From a virus: a DNA stretch of 64,000 bases. The position numbers were made by a program, and so were the translations under genes. The stretch lies in IMG/VR virus record IMGVR_UViG_3300033978_000724, positions 1-64,000 of that record, one strand, 5' to 3'. Below the pieces are notes generated by a model that worked only from the letters and a program-made list of their open reading frames with translations, did not search any database and was not told where the DNA came from. Shown here in pieces: positions 17,915-28,341 of this stretch (positions are counted from its first letter, which is position 1; each line of letters begins with the position of its first letter).

Positions 17915-20900
17915 CCATCCCCTCTAATCATCACAGTTCTCATTCCTAATCCATAGCTTAAATATTCCGCATGGCTTTGTACTTTTAATCTAGCAATACC
18001 ACCTACTCCTACTATGGCCGGCCATGCTGATATTAGGGTGTCGTCACCATCAATAATTATGGGATTAGTGATGTACACTGGCACGGTATCATCTGACTCC
18101 AAAGAAGCTGGTATAGTATCATCAATAAAAATATTATCTGATGGATAATAACCTGATGGTAATTCAATTCTATCAGGCGTTTCAATTACCGTCTGAGTAA
18201 GTGTGTCATTCCCTGATATTACTAATACATCACCGACAAAACCTGTAGGCACTTCTATCTGCCCGTCTGACACCCATGTATTGATAGTTTCATCGCCACC
18301 AATAATTGTTACCCATGTATTGTCAGGAATAGTTGGTGTAGAGACATAATTAGGAACCTGAGTTATTGTACCCTGAACAGTATCCGAGCCTATTGTAATA
18401 ACACCATTGCCATTATAATCACTAGGAGTTATCACGTATTGCGGGGGCGGGGCTATTATTATGCCAGTATCACCTATATCCCCGACGATATACTCATCAG
18501 GCGGATAACTCCAATTAGCGGTAGTCGTACCAGGATTATAACCAATTTGCCACAAATCCCATGACACAACCATTTCATCACTACCAATTGTGATACCTTG
18601 ACTATTGCCAATAAAAACTAAATCAGCATTGGTTTGACAAGATTCTTTCACTCTGATTGTTCTAACCGGCGGGAATCCACATACTTGAGGGTCTAGCTTA
18701 CAAATCAACTCATATTGAATAGATTGGGCTTGTCTCATATTCATTATGGTATTACCAAGTTTTCTTACGTAGGAAATATCATAAACTAACCCTAAATCCA
18801 TTACTTCTGTTGGCGGATCGTATTTACCTGTATGACATAGAAAACCGTCTATTTCTAATACGCCGGGTACATCTCGCCACTTAACTGTATCGGTCAATGC
18901 ACATGATAAAAACTCGCTACTAGCGGGACTTTCTCCACCGCCTGTACTTGAGTTAGTGATGGTGCGTTTGGTTACTAATTTTAAAAGGTCACTTCTGGTA
19001 ATAAAAGTAGGGATAATATCGTAATTATCATATTGCATTGTATAGCCTTCCCCTCCCGCTAATAACGACCAATCATCAGGGTATGGCGTATAAAAAGTGT
19101 CGTCATATTCATCAAGATTATTTCGTCTTAAGTATTCATCAAATCCCTCTTGTCTTGTTCCCCACATCCTTACCGTTATAAACTTATTAGGGGTTTCAGT
19201 GGTGAGAGTTGATTTACTTTGCTTCTTTAAATAATTAGTATTAGCGTCATAGACTTTAACATTTAAAATAACATTTAATGGCTGTGCATATTTTTCTTGC
19301 CTGATACCCTCTATCTCTGATGCGTATTCATATTTCAATACCTTTTCTTCGACCATGTGCTTTGTGCCACCGCTACAACTATAATCCCATGTCTCAGAGA
19401 CAATTGATGTAATAACTGTCGCTCCAGAAAAAGCTCCAGCACCCCCACCAAAACCACTATAGACTTGGAATACGGCTCTTTTTTCTGTTGGTTTTTGAGG
19501 ATCAGGCGTTAATATCTGAACTAAATCAACCCATTGATCTTTTTCTAAAATCTCAAAATCAAATTGCACATATTGATTTGTATTTGTTGGTGGGACTTCA
19601 AAATCAACTATTGCTTCGCCTGTTCCGTTAAAGCTATTGCCATTAAAATCAGGCATGGCTTTACTAATCGGCATCCAGGTAGTCGTTACTTTTCCCGCTA
19701 ATACCTGCGAGTCATTATAATAATATTTTGTTTCGCTGTATTCAGAGTCAGTAAGAGTCATATCATACTTGTTCTCTCCAGCCCGCCCTGATGGTAATAC
19801 AGCAGGAGAAATAGGCCCCCGACCAATAGCTAATTTGTATTGAAAGTCATCAACGCTGTTGCCCGTTCCTCCTTCTAATTGATCTGGAATATGCCAGTGT
19901 TCATGACTGCCAATCCATCCACCGTAAACAATTCCTATAGGCTCCTGTTTCCACATCGCCTCAGCTATTAGCAAGCCTTCTTCTGCGTCATAATATTCAT
20001 TCCTTAACTCATAATAAGAGTCGTTCAGACTAGTAACAGTTGACTCTGATCCAGGGAACAAATAACCAGGTAATGCTTTTTTGCTGACCTCTATCGCTTT
20101 AACATTTGCTTCGCCTATCCCAAAATAAGAAACCACAGTTCCTGACACTCCACACGCCACCCATTCGCAAGTCTTAGTTTCTTCTGATACTACCTCTACT
20201 GTGTCATCAGGATTCCCTGTAATATCCATACCAGGGGTTAGTTGAGAACTTGTATAACATCTTTCAAGCGTCTTATCACACTCTGCCTCTAACTCTTGCA
20301 AAGTATAAGTAACAACCAGCCGCTTAATCGGTTCCACACCCCCATCAACCGGATTATAATCCTTGTCTAATTCTGATTGTCCTAACGCAATACTAAACCC
20401 ATTATTAGGCGTGAAATCTATGGTAGTAATCCTAATATGTCCCCTATGGTCTGAATAGGCATAAGAGGGGCTTTCACTATTAAATATTAAAGTTCCTATC
20501 TCACTTAAAAGATTACCAGATGGAGTGTAAGGTAATCTTTTTTTACCTGCTACTCCACCGCTACAAGGCAAGTTTAAATGACGACACATCTCTTGAACTA
20601 TAGACGTGATTGTCACGTCTTTGATGATAGGTGATTCTTCAGGATTCTCTTCAATCGCAGTGCCGTCTCTATTCAATAATTCCCATTGTTGCCACCAATA
20701 CCTGATCTGTTGATCTGCACCTGGTATGGCATCAGTTAAAAAATCTTTTTCATCTTTGAAGTCATCAAAAGTTTTATTGCTTAAAAGTGAAATAACACAG
20801 CCAACATTTACCGATATTTCACCTGTTTTAATATCTAAAGGGGATACTGATTTTACGTATAACTCAGGCAACCATCCCGTCCCCATCCCCTCAACGGTGA

Positions 20901-21072
20901 TAGTTACTTTTTGTCCCCAGCAAAAACCATCTCGATTATTGGCGATGACAGTAACCGTTCCTTCAAAAGGCATCAAACCTGATGTATCTAAAGGTGAAAA
21001 ACCACCTGAGAACGATACTAGATGACCTAGATTACAAGTTGACTTTCTTGTTTGAGTGAATGTTACTGCCAT
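17905..21072 (-). CDS. Large tail protein (hub/central tail-tip protein)
   Basis: 1055 aa, acidic and beta-rich, downstream of the tail fibre gene. Confidence 0.65.
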   Translation of the reverse strand: MAVTFTQTRKSTCNLGHLVSFSGGFSPLDTSGLMPFEGTVTVIANNRDGFCWGQKVTITVEGMGTGWLPELYVKSVSPLDIKTGEISVNVGCVISLLSNKTFDDFKDEKDFLTDAIPGADQQIRYWWQQWELLNRDGTAIEENPEESPIIKDVTITSIVQEMCRHLNLPCSGGVAGKKRLPYTPSGNLLSEIGTLIFNSESPSYAYSDHRGHIRITTIDFTPNNGFSIALGQSELDKDYNPVDGGVEPIKRLVVTYTLQELEAECDKTLERCYTSSQLTPGMDITGNPDDTVEVVSEETKTCEWVACGVSGTVVSYFGIGEANVKAIEVSKKALPGYLFPGSESTVTSLNDSYYELRNEYYDAEEGLLIAEAMWKQEPIGIVYGGWIGSHEHWHIPDQLEGGTGNSVDDFQYKLAIGRGPISPAVLPSGRAGENKYDMTLTDSEYSETKYYYNDSQVLAGKVTTTWMPISKAMPDFNGNSFNGTGEAIVDFEVPPTNTNQYVQFDFEILEKDQWVDLVQILTPDPQKPTEKRAVFQVYSGFGGGAGAFSGATVITSIVSETWDYSCSGGTKHMVEEKVLKYEYASEIEGIRQEKYAQPLNVILNVKVYDANTNYLKKQSKSTLTTETPNKFITVRMWGTRQEGFDEYLRRNNLDEYDDTFYTPYPDDWSLLAGGEGYTMQYDNYDIIPTFITRSDLLKLVTKRTITNSSTGGGESPASSEFLSCALTDTVKWRDVPGVLEIDGFLCHTGKYDPPTEVMDLGLVYDISYVRKLGNTIMNMRQAQSIQYELICKLDPQVCGFPPVRTIRVKESCQTNADLVFIGNSQGITIGSDEMVVSWDLWQIGYNPGTTTANWSYPPDEYIVGDIGDTGIIIAPPPQYVITPSDYNGNGVITIGSDTVQGTITQVPNYVSTPTIPDNTWVTIIGGDETINTWVSDGQIEVPTGFVGDVLVISGNDTLTQTVIETPDRIELPSGYYPSDNIFIDDTIPASLESDDTVPVYITNPIIIDGDDTLISAWPAIVGVGGIARLKVQSHAEYLSYGLGMRTVMIRGDGQV

Positions 21073-21081
21073 AGTATTTCT

Positions 21082-21360
21082 TTAAATATTTTCTGGTTCG
21101 GGTGGAGTGGGTGGATTTAACAATTTATCCAAAGCAATAGGAACAGCTAGACCTGTCGCTTGAGTGACTAGAGACTCTAGATCAGGATGGTCGGCTAATA
21201 CTATATCCACTATCCCCGTCTCCACATAAGGCGGATTAGGAATAGGCTTTTGGTAACAAAATTGCAACACCGGACGGGTATGTTCTCCGGTTGTTTCATC
21301 GAAAAGAATATCGAACTGTACTCGGAAAAATCGGTATCCTTGAATAAGTGAATCTGTCAT
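21082..21360 (-). CDS. Putative tail fibre assembly protein
   Basis: Small ORF immediately after the tail fibre gene. Confidence 0.5.
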   Translation of the reverse strand: MTDSLIQGYRFFRVQFDILFDETTGEHTRPVLQFCYQKPIPNPPYVETGIVDIVLADHPDLESLVTQATGLAVPIALDKLLNPPTPPEPENI

Positions 21361-21364
21361 ATTT

Positions 21365-24300
21365 TTATACTGATGTGATTACTTGTATTGTACTTGATGT
21401 GGCAACGTATTCTATCTTGCCTGTAGTGGTATTAAGCCACATTTGCCCTAATGTACCAGCAGACGCTACAGGGCGGGTGGCTGTAGTGAATCGGTTTAGG
21501 ACTAGTTGTCCATTGAGTGATTGAGCGAATAAAGCACCACCAACGCCAACACCTCCAGGAGTAACTATTGCTCCGGTTGTGGTTGAGGTACTTGCTACCG
21601 TGCCATTTACTCTTAATACGGCGGTGGTTGCTAGGTTTATGCCATCGCCTTTTAATAAAGTAAAGGTACGGTTATTGGCTATGAATAAAGCATTTGATTC
21701 TGTGGTGGAATTATAGCCAGCCTCAAATCCCAGAAAAATATTTGAATACCCCGTTGTGTTGAAGAGCCCCGCATTCGCTCCCATAAAGGAGTTGCTACTC
21801 CCCGTTGTGTTAGCATACCCCGCATTCACTCCCATAAAGGAGTTGCTACTCCCCGTTGTGTTGGATTGCCCCGCATTCACTCCCATAAAGGAGTTGCTAC
21901 TCCCCGTTGTGTTGGCATACCCCGCATTCACTCCCATAAAGGAGTTGCTACTCCCCGTTGTGTTGAAGCGCCCCGCATTCACTCCCATAAAGGAGTTGCT
22001 ACTCCCCGTTGTGTTGAAGCGCCCCGCACTCGCTCCCATAAAGGAGTTGTTACTCCCCGTTGTGTTGGATTGCCCCGCACTTACTCCCATAAAGGAGTTG
22101 CTATACCCCGTTGTGTTGGATTGCCCCGCACTCGCTCCCATAAAGGAGTTGCTATACCCCGTTGTGTTGGATTGCCCCGCACTTACTCCCATAAAGGAGC
22201 ATCTATTACTTAGGGATTGAATGCGGTAACCAGTCCCTAACCCCAGAAAAGTAGAACTAAATCGCCCTTTTATTCCGTTAATTCCAGATACTAGACTGCT
22301 ACTAGGATTTATCAATCTCACAGACAATGATACCGTGCCATTGAAATCCGTTGTAGGCAAAAGACTAAAAGTATTGCCTGCAGTAGAAACAGGCAAATCA
22401 ATAGTAGATGAATCCGTAATACTGGGGATAGAATTTCCTCCAAAACCTAATGTAATACTCCCTACCGTTCTATTGGTAATATTTAAAGCAATTCTGTAAA
22501 CTTCGTTTAAAACCAAACTACTAGCTAAATTGCCAGTGATAAAATCAACACCTGTAGTATGAGTAGCATTACCCCCACTTATAGTCCATCCCGTAGCCAC
22601 ATCCCAACTAGTAAATAATTCTGTAGCAGAAATAGATGATTCTACTATTGTGTCATTAATGATTACCCCGCCGGTTAGAGTCTTTTGCCCGGTGATAGTT
22701 TGGGTAGATACAATATCAACTACTCCTGTTATTTTAGTTGAATCAAGAGTAGGAATATCACTGGCTAATAACGACCCACTACCAGTAACTAGCCCCTTAG
22801 AATTATAAGTAGGTTTAGCACTAGACCCGGCTGTCACTATATTAGGTAGAGTAGCAGTAATAGCGGTAGTACCAGAACCTGTTACATCTCCACTGATAGT
22901 TATATTCTGGTTTCCAGTTATGTATGTACTGCCATCAAGCCCCCATACGCCCCCGGTTTGCTTGAGAAATCCTGATGTTCCTGTTACTCCACTAATATTT
23001 GTTAGGGTAGTATTCAATGGCTGATAACTAGACATAGCAGACGATGTTGTCAGGTAAGTATTAGCATCAAGCGTATAAGAACCGTCACCTACTTTCCTGA
23101 CAAAACCTTGTGTATCAGCTAAAGCAATAAAAGCAGTCAATTCATTGTTGGTATTTTGTTTTGAGGCTAAAGACGTATTTACTTCTGATTTGCTGAAGCT
23201 ATAAGTGCTTATAGCCGTATCTGTTTCGGCTTTTGTATAAGCATTTGTTATCCCATAGCCTGATACGGTGGTGGGTTGCCCTGTTAATTTAGACCAATCT
23301 ATACCACCTGGAATATCAGAAGCAAGTAACGCTGTACCGCCGGTTATTAATCCTTTGGCGTTATAGGTTATTTTAGGATTACTACCAGCCGTCACAATAT
23401 CAGACAATGTAACTGTTATAGCTGTTGTACCAGAGCCTGAAGCATCTCCACTCAGTGTAATAGTTTGATTGCCAGTCAAATAAGCCGAAGCATCCAAAGA
23501 CCAAACGCCGGCTGTCATCTTAGGTACTCCAGCCGTACCCACTAATCCACTAATACCAGTTAAATTAATATTTAGAGGTTGATAGCTAGATAGGGCAGAC
23601 TCTGTAGTCAGATAGGTATTAGAGTCAAGCGTATATGAACCATCACCCACTTTTCGGACAAATCCTTGTACATCTGGTAATGCGGAAAAGCCCGATAATT
23701 CATTATTGGCTATTTGATAGTTATTTGAGTCTATTCCCCATACACCTGCTGTTTTCCTAATAATGCCGTTGCCTGTCAAACCGGCAATATCTGTTAAATC
23801 AGAATCTAATGGCTGGAATGGTCCTGAGACGGTTCGCCATGTATTAGTTCCTGTTCTTTCTAAATATCCGGTAGTAGATAAAGACGCAATTGCGGTTAAA
23901 TCACCGTCCTGTATTTGATATGAATTAGTATCCATACCCCAAGCACCGCCAACTTTAACAAGAAAACCATCAATAGTTAGCCCACCGATACTGGTTAATC
24001 CACTATTTAATGGCTGGTAAGAAGCTGACGCTGATGTAGTGGTCAAATATGAACTACTGTCTATAGCATAGATTCCATCGCTTATCTTTTTGATAAAACC
24101 TGGAGTATCTGATAACGCAGATAATGCAGATAATTCATTGCTTTTAGCTTGGTAGTCATTTGATAAAACCACCGCACCTATTTTCCCATCTACAGAGAAA
24201 ACGCCATCTGTAGGTGTGGGTAATTCCACCCAATTAGATAGAGACGTAGCAGGAGTGGATTGTAATATAAATGTTTTATTGTTGTCAGTTCGTACCGCTA

Positions 24301-24520
24301 TATCCCCTTTCTGGGCGATTAACTCCAACATTTCTGACTCTGAATCCACCACAAAAGTATCTGTGATAGAAATATTTGGCAATTGAGATTGAGGTACTTT
24401 AGCAGATGAATCTAATGTTGCAACACCATTAGCACTACCTCTTTGAGTGAGTGGGATGTAATCACCCGTTACCCCGCCACCTGTGCTAGTGCCGGCATCA
24501 GGGAAAAAGTTTACCGCCAT
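21365..24520 (-). CDS. Tail fibre / receptor-binding protein
   Basis: NGVATLDSSAKVPQSQLP and GDIAVRTD collar motifs; repeated YQPL..LT.ISG and NQTITLSGD..GSG shaft units; 17-aa G..AG..NTTG beta-roll repeats. Confidence 0.9.
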   Translation of the reverse strand: MAVNFFPDAGTSTGGGVTGDYIPLTQRGSANGVATLDSSAKVPQSQLPNISITDTFVVDSESEMLELIAQKGDIAVRTDNNKTFILQSTPATSLSNWVELPTPTDGVFSVDGKIGAVVLSNDYQAKSNELSALSALSDTPGFIKKISDGIYAIDSSSYLTTTSASASYQPLNSGLTSIGGLTIDGFLVKVGGAWGMDTNSYQIQDGDLTAIASLSTTGYLERTGTNTWRTVSGPFQPLDSDLTDIAGLTGNGIIRKTAGVWGIDSNNYQIANNELSGFSALPDVQGFVRKVGDGSYTLDSNTYLTTESALSSYQPLNINLTGISGLVGTAGVPKMTAGVWSLDASAYLTGNQTITLSGDASGSGTTAITVTLSDIVTAGSNPKITYNAKGLITGGTALLASDIPGGIDWSKLTGQPTTVSGYGITNAYTKAETDTAISTYSFSKSEVNTSLASKQNTNNELTAFIALADTQGFVRKVGDGSYTLDANTYLTTSSAMSSYQPLNTTLTNISGVTGTSGFLKQTGGVWGLDGSTYITGNQNITISGDVTGSGTTAITATLPNIVTAGSSAKPTYNSKGLVTGSGSLLASDIPTLDSTKITGVVDIVSTQTITGQKTLTGGVIINDTIVESSISATELFTSWDVATGWTISGGNATHTTGVDFITGNLASSLVLNEVYRIALNITNRTVGSITLGFGGNSIPSITDSSTIDLPVSTAGNTFSLLPTTDFNGTVSLSVRLINPSSSLVSGINGIKGRFSSTFLGLGTGYRIQSLSNRCSFMGVSAGQSNTTGYSNSFMGASAGQSNTTGYSNSFMGVSAGQSNTTGSNNSFMGASAGRFNTTGSSNSFMGVNAGRFNTTGSSNSFMGVNAGYANTTGSSNSFMGVNAGQSNTTGSSNSFMGVNAGYANTTGSSNSFMGANAGLFNTTGYSNIFLGFEAGYNSTTESNALFIANNRTFTLLKGDGINLATTAVLRVNGTVASTSTTTGAIVTPGGVGVGGALFAQSLNGQLVLNRFTTATRPVASAGTLGQMWLNTTTGKIEYVATSSTIQVITSV
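21740..22198 (-). repeat. Nine near-identical in-frame 51-bp tandem repeats in the tail fibre gene
   Basis: Unit SFMG[V/A][S/N]AG[QS/RF/YA/LF]NTTG[Y/S][S/N]N with a 51-nt period. Confidence 0.95.
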
Positions 24521-24522
24521 CT

Positions 24523-24885
24523 TTATTCACCATATCCTTTTATGTCTATCTTACCTGATACCGCATCTACAGCCACACGCAGAGAATAAATATACTCACA
24601 ATTAAATGAAATAATCCCCGCATCACCAGGAGCCAAATTATAAACATTAAAACCATGAATCCCTTTAATCATTGGCTGTGCCGGCCCTGCTGGATCGAAA
24701 TGACTTAAGATAGTTAACCATGGCTGTAACACACCACCGGGAGTAAATACCGCATCTATTTCAACACTTGTTAGCGGATTCGTGCCGGCATTAAAAAACT
24801 CCAAATTAAACCTAGTGGATGAGGTACAGTCAAAGGAAATAAGAGTATTAGTAGGTAGGTCTAAATTATAATGCTGGGTGTACAT
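24523..24885 (-). CDS. Putative virion structural protein
   Basis: Beta-rich 120 aa, ending 2 bp upstream of the tail fibre start. Confidence 0.5.
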   Translation of the reverse strand: MYTQHYNLDLPTNTLISFDCTSSTRFNLEFFNAGTNPLTSVEIDAVFTPGGVLQPWLTILSHFDPAGPAQPMIKGIHGFNVYNLAPGDAGIISFNCEYIYSLRVAVDAVSGKIDIKGYGE

Positions 24886-24936
24886 TTATTTATATTATTC
24901 TCCGAATTATTTTTTAGTTTAAATCCTTACATTATC

Positions 24937-25617
24937 TTACTCTATATAAACCCAGTTGAAGTCAAAAACATAAGAATCTTTTTCTTTAAGAAAATCACTC
25001 TCTTTCATTATTTTATGCCATTTTTTATTAATACCATCCCATCTAAATAATTTTTCTTTGGCTAAATCTTTTTGGTCGTAGGATACCACAGCAAATACTT
25101 TTACTTTTCTATCCAGCGACCTAGCGATTGCTTGCTCAATTAATCCTTTTAAATCTTTAGCCCGATCAAATAATTGAGCGATTAACTGGCAATCAGCTAA
25201 AGCTCTATGTGCCTGAGTGACGGCTATATGATGATTCAATGCTGTGTCTATCAAGTTAGTTTGCTTGTGATTTTCCGGCCAAACAAAATCATCAAAAGTG
25301 CACAACCATTTCTTGTCACCAGTTAATTCGGTTAGCCATTGCCTATCAAATTCTGCGTTATGAGCTACCAAATAGTCAGATTCTTTTACCAGGTATTTTA
25401 ACCATTCCATGGCTGGCCTTTCTGACACTTCTTTTGTAGCATCTGCATCAATTTTATTAATCTCTTGCGCTAGGTTCTCCTCGCATAAGCAAAGGGTAGA
25501 TACTTGCTGGAGAATACATTGATGATCCACAGAGTAAAGGATGGCTCCTACTTCTATTATTTGATGCGTCCCTGGTTCTAGCCCGGTCGTCTCTAAGTCA
25601 ATTATTAGTATTTTCAT
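24937..25617 (-). CDS. DEDDh 3'-5' exonuclease (DnaQ-like) with DUF5710-like C-terminus
   Basis: IIDLETTGL, LVAHNAEFD, AHRALADC; VSYDQKDLAK..FRWD..KKW. Confidence 0.92.
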   Translation of the reverse strand: MKILIIDLETTGLEPGTHQIIEVGAILYSVDHQCILQQVSTLCLCEENLAQEINKIDADATKEVSERPAMEWLKYLVKESDYLVAHNAEFDRQWLTELTGDKKWLCTFDDFVWPENHKQTNLIDTALNHHIAVTQAHRALADCQLIAQLFDRAKDLKGLIEQAIARSLDRKVKVFAVVSYDQKDLAKEKLFRWDGINKKWHKIMKESDFLKEKDSYVFDFNWVYIE

Positions 25618-25700
25618 TTTATGAGAGAATTAATGCTAAGATAAAAAAGGGGCTTGTTTTTGCGACATTGCTACTATCAAACAAAGGACATCTTTCTATT

Positions 25701-25949
25701 ATGAGTGAAAAACAAAAAAAGCAAACTCTTAAAGAATTAAGAGTACAGGCTCGGTTGACCCAACCAGATGTAGAGGAAATCACAGCGAAAAAAGATCGCA
25801 GGATTCCTCAAGCTACTTTATCTGATTGGGAGAATGGCAAAAAGAAACCAGACGTTGAAAACATCTTGACATTATCCGCTCTTTACAAGGTAAGCGTTGA
25901 GAAAATTGTGGACGCTTACCTCTACACCAAGGAACGTAACAAAAGATAA
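25701..25949 (+). CDS. XRE/Cro-CI family HTH regulator
   Basis: LKELRVQARLTQ...QATLSDWENGKKKP; ACAAAGGAC before ATG 25701. Confidence 0.88.
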   Translation: MSEKQKKQTLKELRVQARLTQPDVEEITAKKDRRIPQATLSDWENGKKKPDVENILTLSALYKVSVEKIVDAYLYTKERNKR

Positions 25950-26030
25950 ATTGAACCGCATTTGCGATATTTATGATAACATAAAGCTAGGTTAAAATCC
26001 TGGCTTTTTTAGTACATACAAAGGACAAAT

Positions 26031-26249
26031 ATGGAACAAGAAAAAAAAGAGACGATGTTATCCATGGAGCGTCAATTGAAATTGCGTGTCATGTGTGACG
26101 AGATTGATTCTGTCTCAGATATTCGTGTGGTCAAGCAAGGTTTTAAGGAATTAGCAGAATATGCCTTGACGATTCAACAGGTATTTGCTAACTGTCTTTC
26201 AGAAAACCCCGCTGATTTTGATTTTAGGAAGGTGGGTAAAAATGATTAA
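26031..26249 (+). CDS. Possible NblA-like phycobilisome degradation protein
   Basis: 72 aa; LSMERQLKLR..two amphipathic helices, resembling NblA LSLEQQF.IR; cyanophage context. Confidence 0.45.
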   Translation: MEQEKKETMLSMERQLKLRVMCDEIDSVSDIRVVKQGFKELAEYALTIQQVFANCLSENPADFDFRKVGKND

Positions 26250-27210
26250 ATTCATTGACCTATTTTCTGGTATAGGTGGGTTTCACCAAGGAATAAAACC
26301 CTATGGCGAATGTGTATTTGCTTGCGAAATAGATAAGCACGCCCAAGAGACTTATACGCATAATTTCCCGTCAACTTTTTTAGCGAATGACATCACAAAT
26401 ATTAGTCCCGATCAGATACCTGATCATGACCTGTTATGTGCCGGGTTCCCATGTCAGCCATTCTCTATTGCTGGACAGCGGAAAGGACTAGAAGACGAAA
26501 GGGGTTCTCTGATATTTAATATCATTCAGGTATTAGAGACTAAGAAGCCTCAAATGTTTTTATTAGAAAACGTCAAGAACTTAGTGAGTCATAATCACGG
26601 GTTGACGTTTCACTACATCAAAACCCAGTTAATGAATGCTGGGTATTACATCTCCTACCAGGTATTAAACACTGCTTATTATGGGAATATTCCTCAAAAT
26701 AGGGAGCGGGTTTATATCGTGGGATTCAGAGATAAAACTAAGTTCCTTAATTTCTCCTTCCCTTATCCTGTAGCGTTAACCGTCGGGGTAAGAGATTTGT
26801 TAGAGATGGATGTACCAGAAAGGTTTTATTGGCGGTCTGATCATACAAAAGATGTAGCTAAGGATGATCGGGTTTACCAGTGGCGGCGTAATTACATTCG
26901 AGCCAATAAATCTGGTTTATGTCCTACTCTCACCGCTAATACAGGAACAGGGGGTAATAACGTCCCTTTGGTTAGTGATAATCGTGGTGTAAGAAGGTTG
27001 ACAGATCGGGAGTGTCTAAGATTACAAGGTTTTCCTGATACTTTTGCTTTTCCAGATAATGTCTGCTTATCTCAACGATACAAACAGATTGGAAATAGTG
27101 TAAGTGTTCCCGTGGTGAGTTCTATTGTGGAGAAAATGCTATGGGCTTTTTACTCCAAAGAAGTTCCCACGATCAAAGATACTCAAGGCGTTCAATTAGG
27201 ATTGTTTTAG
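26242..27210 (+). CDS. DNA (cytosine-5)-methyltransferase, recalled as M.Bsp6I-like (GCNGC)
   Basis: FSGIGG, AGFPCQPFS, ENVKNL, QNRER, YKQIGNSV; TRD YQWRR.Y.R.NKS..CPTLTAN.GTGG.NVP; start moved to ATG 26242. Confidence 0.93.
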   Translation: MIKFIDLFSGIGGFHQGIKPYGECVFACEIDKHAQETYTHNFPSTFLANDITNISPDQIPDHDLLCAGFPCQPFSIAGQRKGLEDERGSLIFNIIQVLETKKPQMFLLENVKNLVSHNHGLTFHYIKTQLMNAGYYISYQVLNTAYYGNIPQNRERVYIVGFRDKTKFLNFSFPYPVALTVGVRDLLEMDVPERFYWRSDHTKDVAKDDRVYQWRRNYIRANKSGLCPTLTANTGTGGNNVPLVSDNRGVRRLTDRECLRLQGFPDTFAFPDNVCLSQRYKQIGNSVSVPVVSSIVEKMLWAFYSKEVPTIKDTQGVQLGLF

Positions 27211-27219
27211 GTGAATATC

Positions 27220-27390
27220 ATGCAACTAATAAAAGAACAAACTCAATTAACATCAGAACAAATCTGGCAACGGCACAAGGTTTGCCAACCCCAAAACCAA
27301 ACAGAAAAACTAGGGGATATTGGGGAATTAATCGAGTTAGAGCCTGGGGTAAAAGTCTGGTCAAACTTATTAGGGGATGAGAAAAGATGA
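27220..27390 (+). CDS. Unannotated 56-aa hypothetical protein
   Basis: AGGTG RBS, ATG 27220, ATGA overlap with 27387 (MQLIKEQ...GDEKR). Confidence 0.6.
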   Translation: MQLIKEQTQLTSEQIWQRHKVCQPQNQTEKLGDIGELIELEPGVKVWSNLLGDEKR

Positions 27391-27872
27391 AACCATTATC
27401 CCCGTTTGATGAGCCGATCAGAATCCATAATAGAAACTGGGTAACGTGTAAAAAACATTTACCTTATTATGTTGGCTTACTCCATGTGGTAGGCTCTCAC
27501 CCCGAAGGTATTATGGCTATAGAATTATTTAAGGAGTTTGAGGGATACTGCAAAATCCACAAAATAAAACAACCTTACAAAAACTTTAGGTCACTTTTGC
27601 CTGTCATGGATAAGATGAGTGATTGTGGTGCGTTCTCATTGGAGAAATCCATCAGAGCTATTCAGTCTAAGACCAAAAATAATGTTTCCTTTGTTAATCA
27701 TACTCATTGTTTTAAATGGATACCTAATGCTTTGTTGATAACTTTGACTGAATCAGGTTTATTAGAGCAATATGTATGGGGTTGTCTGAAGCAAAAGTAC
27801 AATCTGAAAGATCACCCGGTTTACGCAAATAAAGAGGATTTTGCTTGTGAAAAAAATAGACAAGAAAAGTGA
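27387..27872 (+). CDS. Hypothetical protein, possibly winged helix
   Basis: 161-aa coupled ORF. Confidence 0.55.
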   Translation: MKPLSPFDEPIRIHNRNWVTCKKHLPYYVGLLHVVGSHPEGIMAIELFKEFEGYCKIHKIKQPYKNFRSLLPVMDKMSDCGAFSLEKSIRAIQSKTKNNVSFVNHTHCFKWIPNALLITLTESGLLEQYVWGCLKQKYNLKDHPVYANKEDFACEKNRQEK

Positions 27873-28260
27873 TGCTTTTAAGTGGGCGATAAAGTCCCTC
27901 TTGACCGATCCACAGTTTATTGATTGGATATTTTTTGAGCGGTGGCAGATGGCTGTACCAAAACCTGATATTCAATCATTGCTTAATAAGTTAGTCAAGG
28001 AATCAACTAATGATCCGTTTCATGATTGGACGGTACACCCGCCTAATAAGACTGAGTATGTAATAGGGATTAACATGGAGACTTTTGTACCATGGGCTTC
28101 TGATGTTGAGTCAATGAATATCATTAAAAAGACTCTGGAGCGTCGGTCTTTGGTATTCTCTATTAATGATGTTAGCCCTGATTGGCGGTACTCGGTTCAT
28201 ACTTTTCTTGATGTTTATTTTGCTTTGGAAAAAGAGGATAAAGAAAGGAATAAAAAATAG
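27841..28260 (+). CDS. Hypothetical protein
   Basis: GAGGA RBS; followed by a terminator. Confidence 0.6.
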   Translation: MLVKKIDKKSDAFKWAIKSLLTDPQFIDWIFFERWQMAVPKPDIQSLLNKLVKESTNDPFHDWTVHPPNKTEYVIGINMETFVPWASDVESMNIIKKTLERRSLVFSINDVSPDWRYSVHTFLDVYFALEKEDKERNKK

Positions 28261-28291
28261 GCTCTTTTAACAAGCAAATTGATATGAATTG

Positions 28292-28329
28292 TAAAGCACA
28301 CCAGGTAATCTATTACCTGGTGTGCTTTA
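28292..28329. terminator. Bidirectional terminator
   Basis: TAAAGCACACCAGGTAA-tcta-TTACCTGGTGTGCTTTA perfect inverted repeat. Confidence 0.85.
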
Positions 28330-28341
28330 TTGTAGAGAAGT

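Noticed and set aside
21740-22198. Regular repeats resembling a CRISPR array or a DGR TR/VR pair
   Set aside because: Contiguous in-frame 51-bp coding units with no unique spacers; no cas or reverse transcriptase gene in the window
21756-22220. Plus-strand repetitive ORFs 21756..22220 and 21866..22213
   Set aside because: Antisense shadows of the tail fibre repeat
26242-27872. Restriction-modification system
   Set aside because: No recognisable endonuclease motif next to either methyltransferase; treated as orphan MTases
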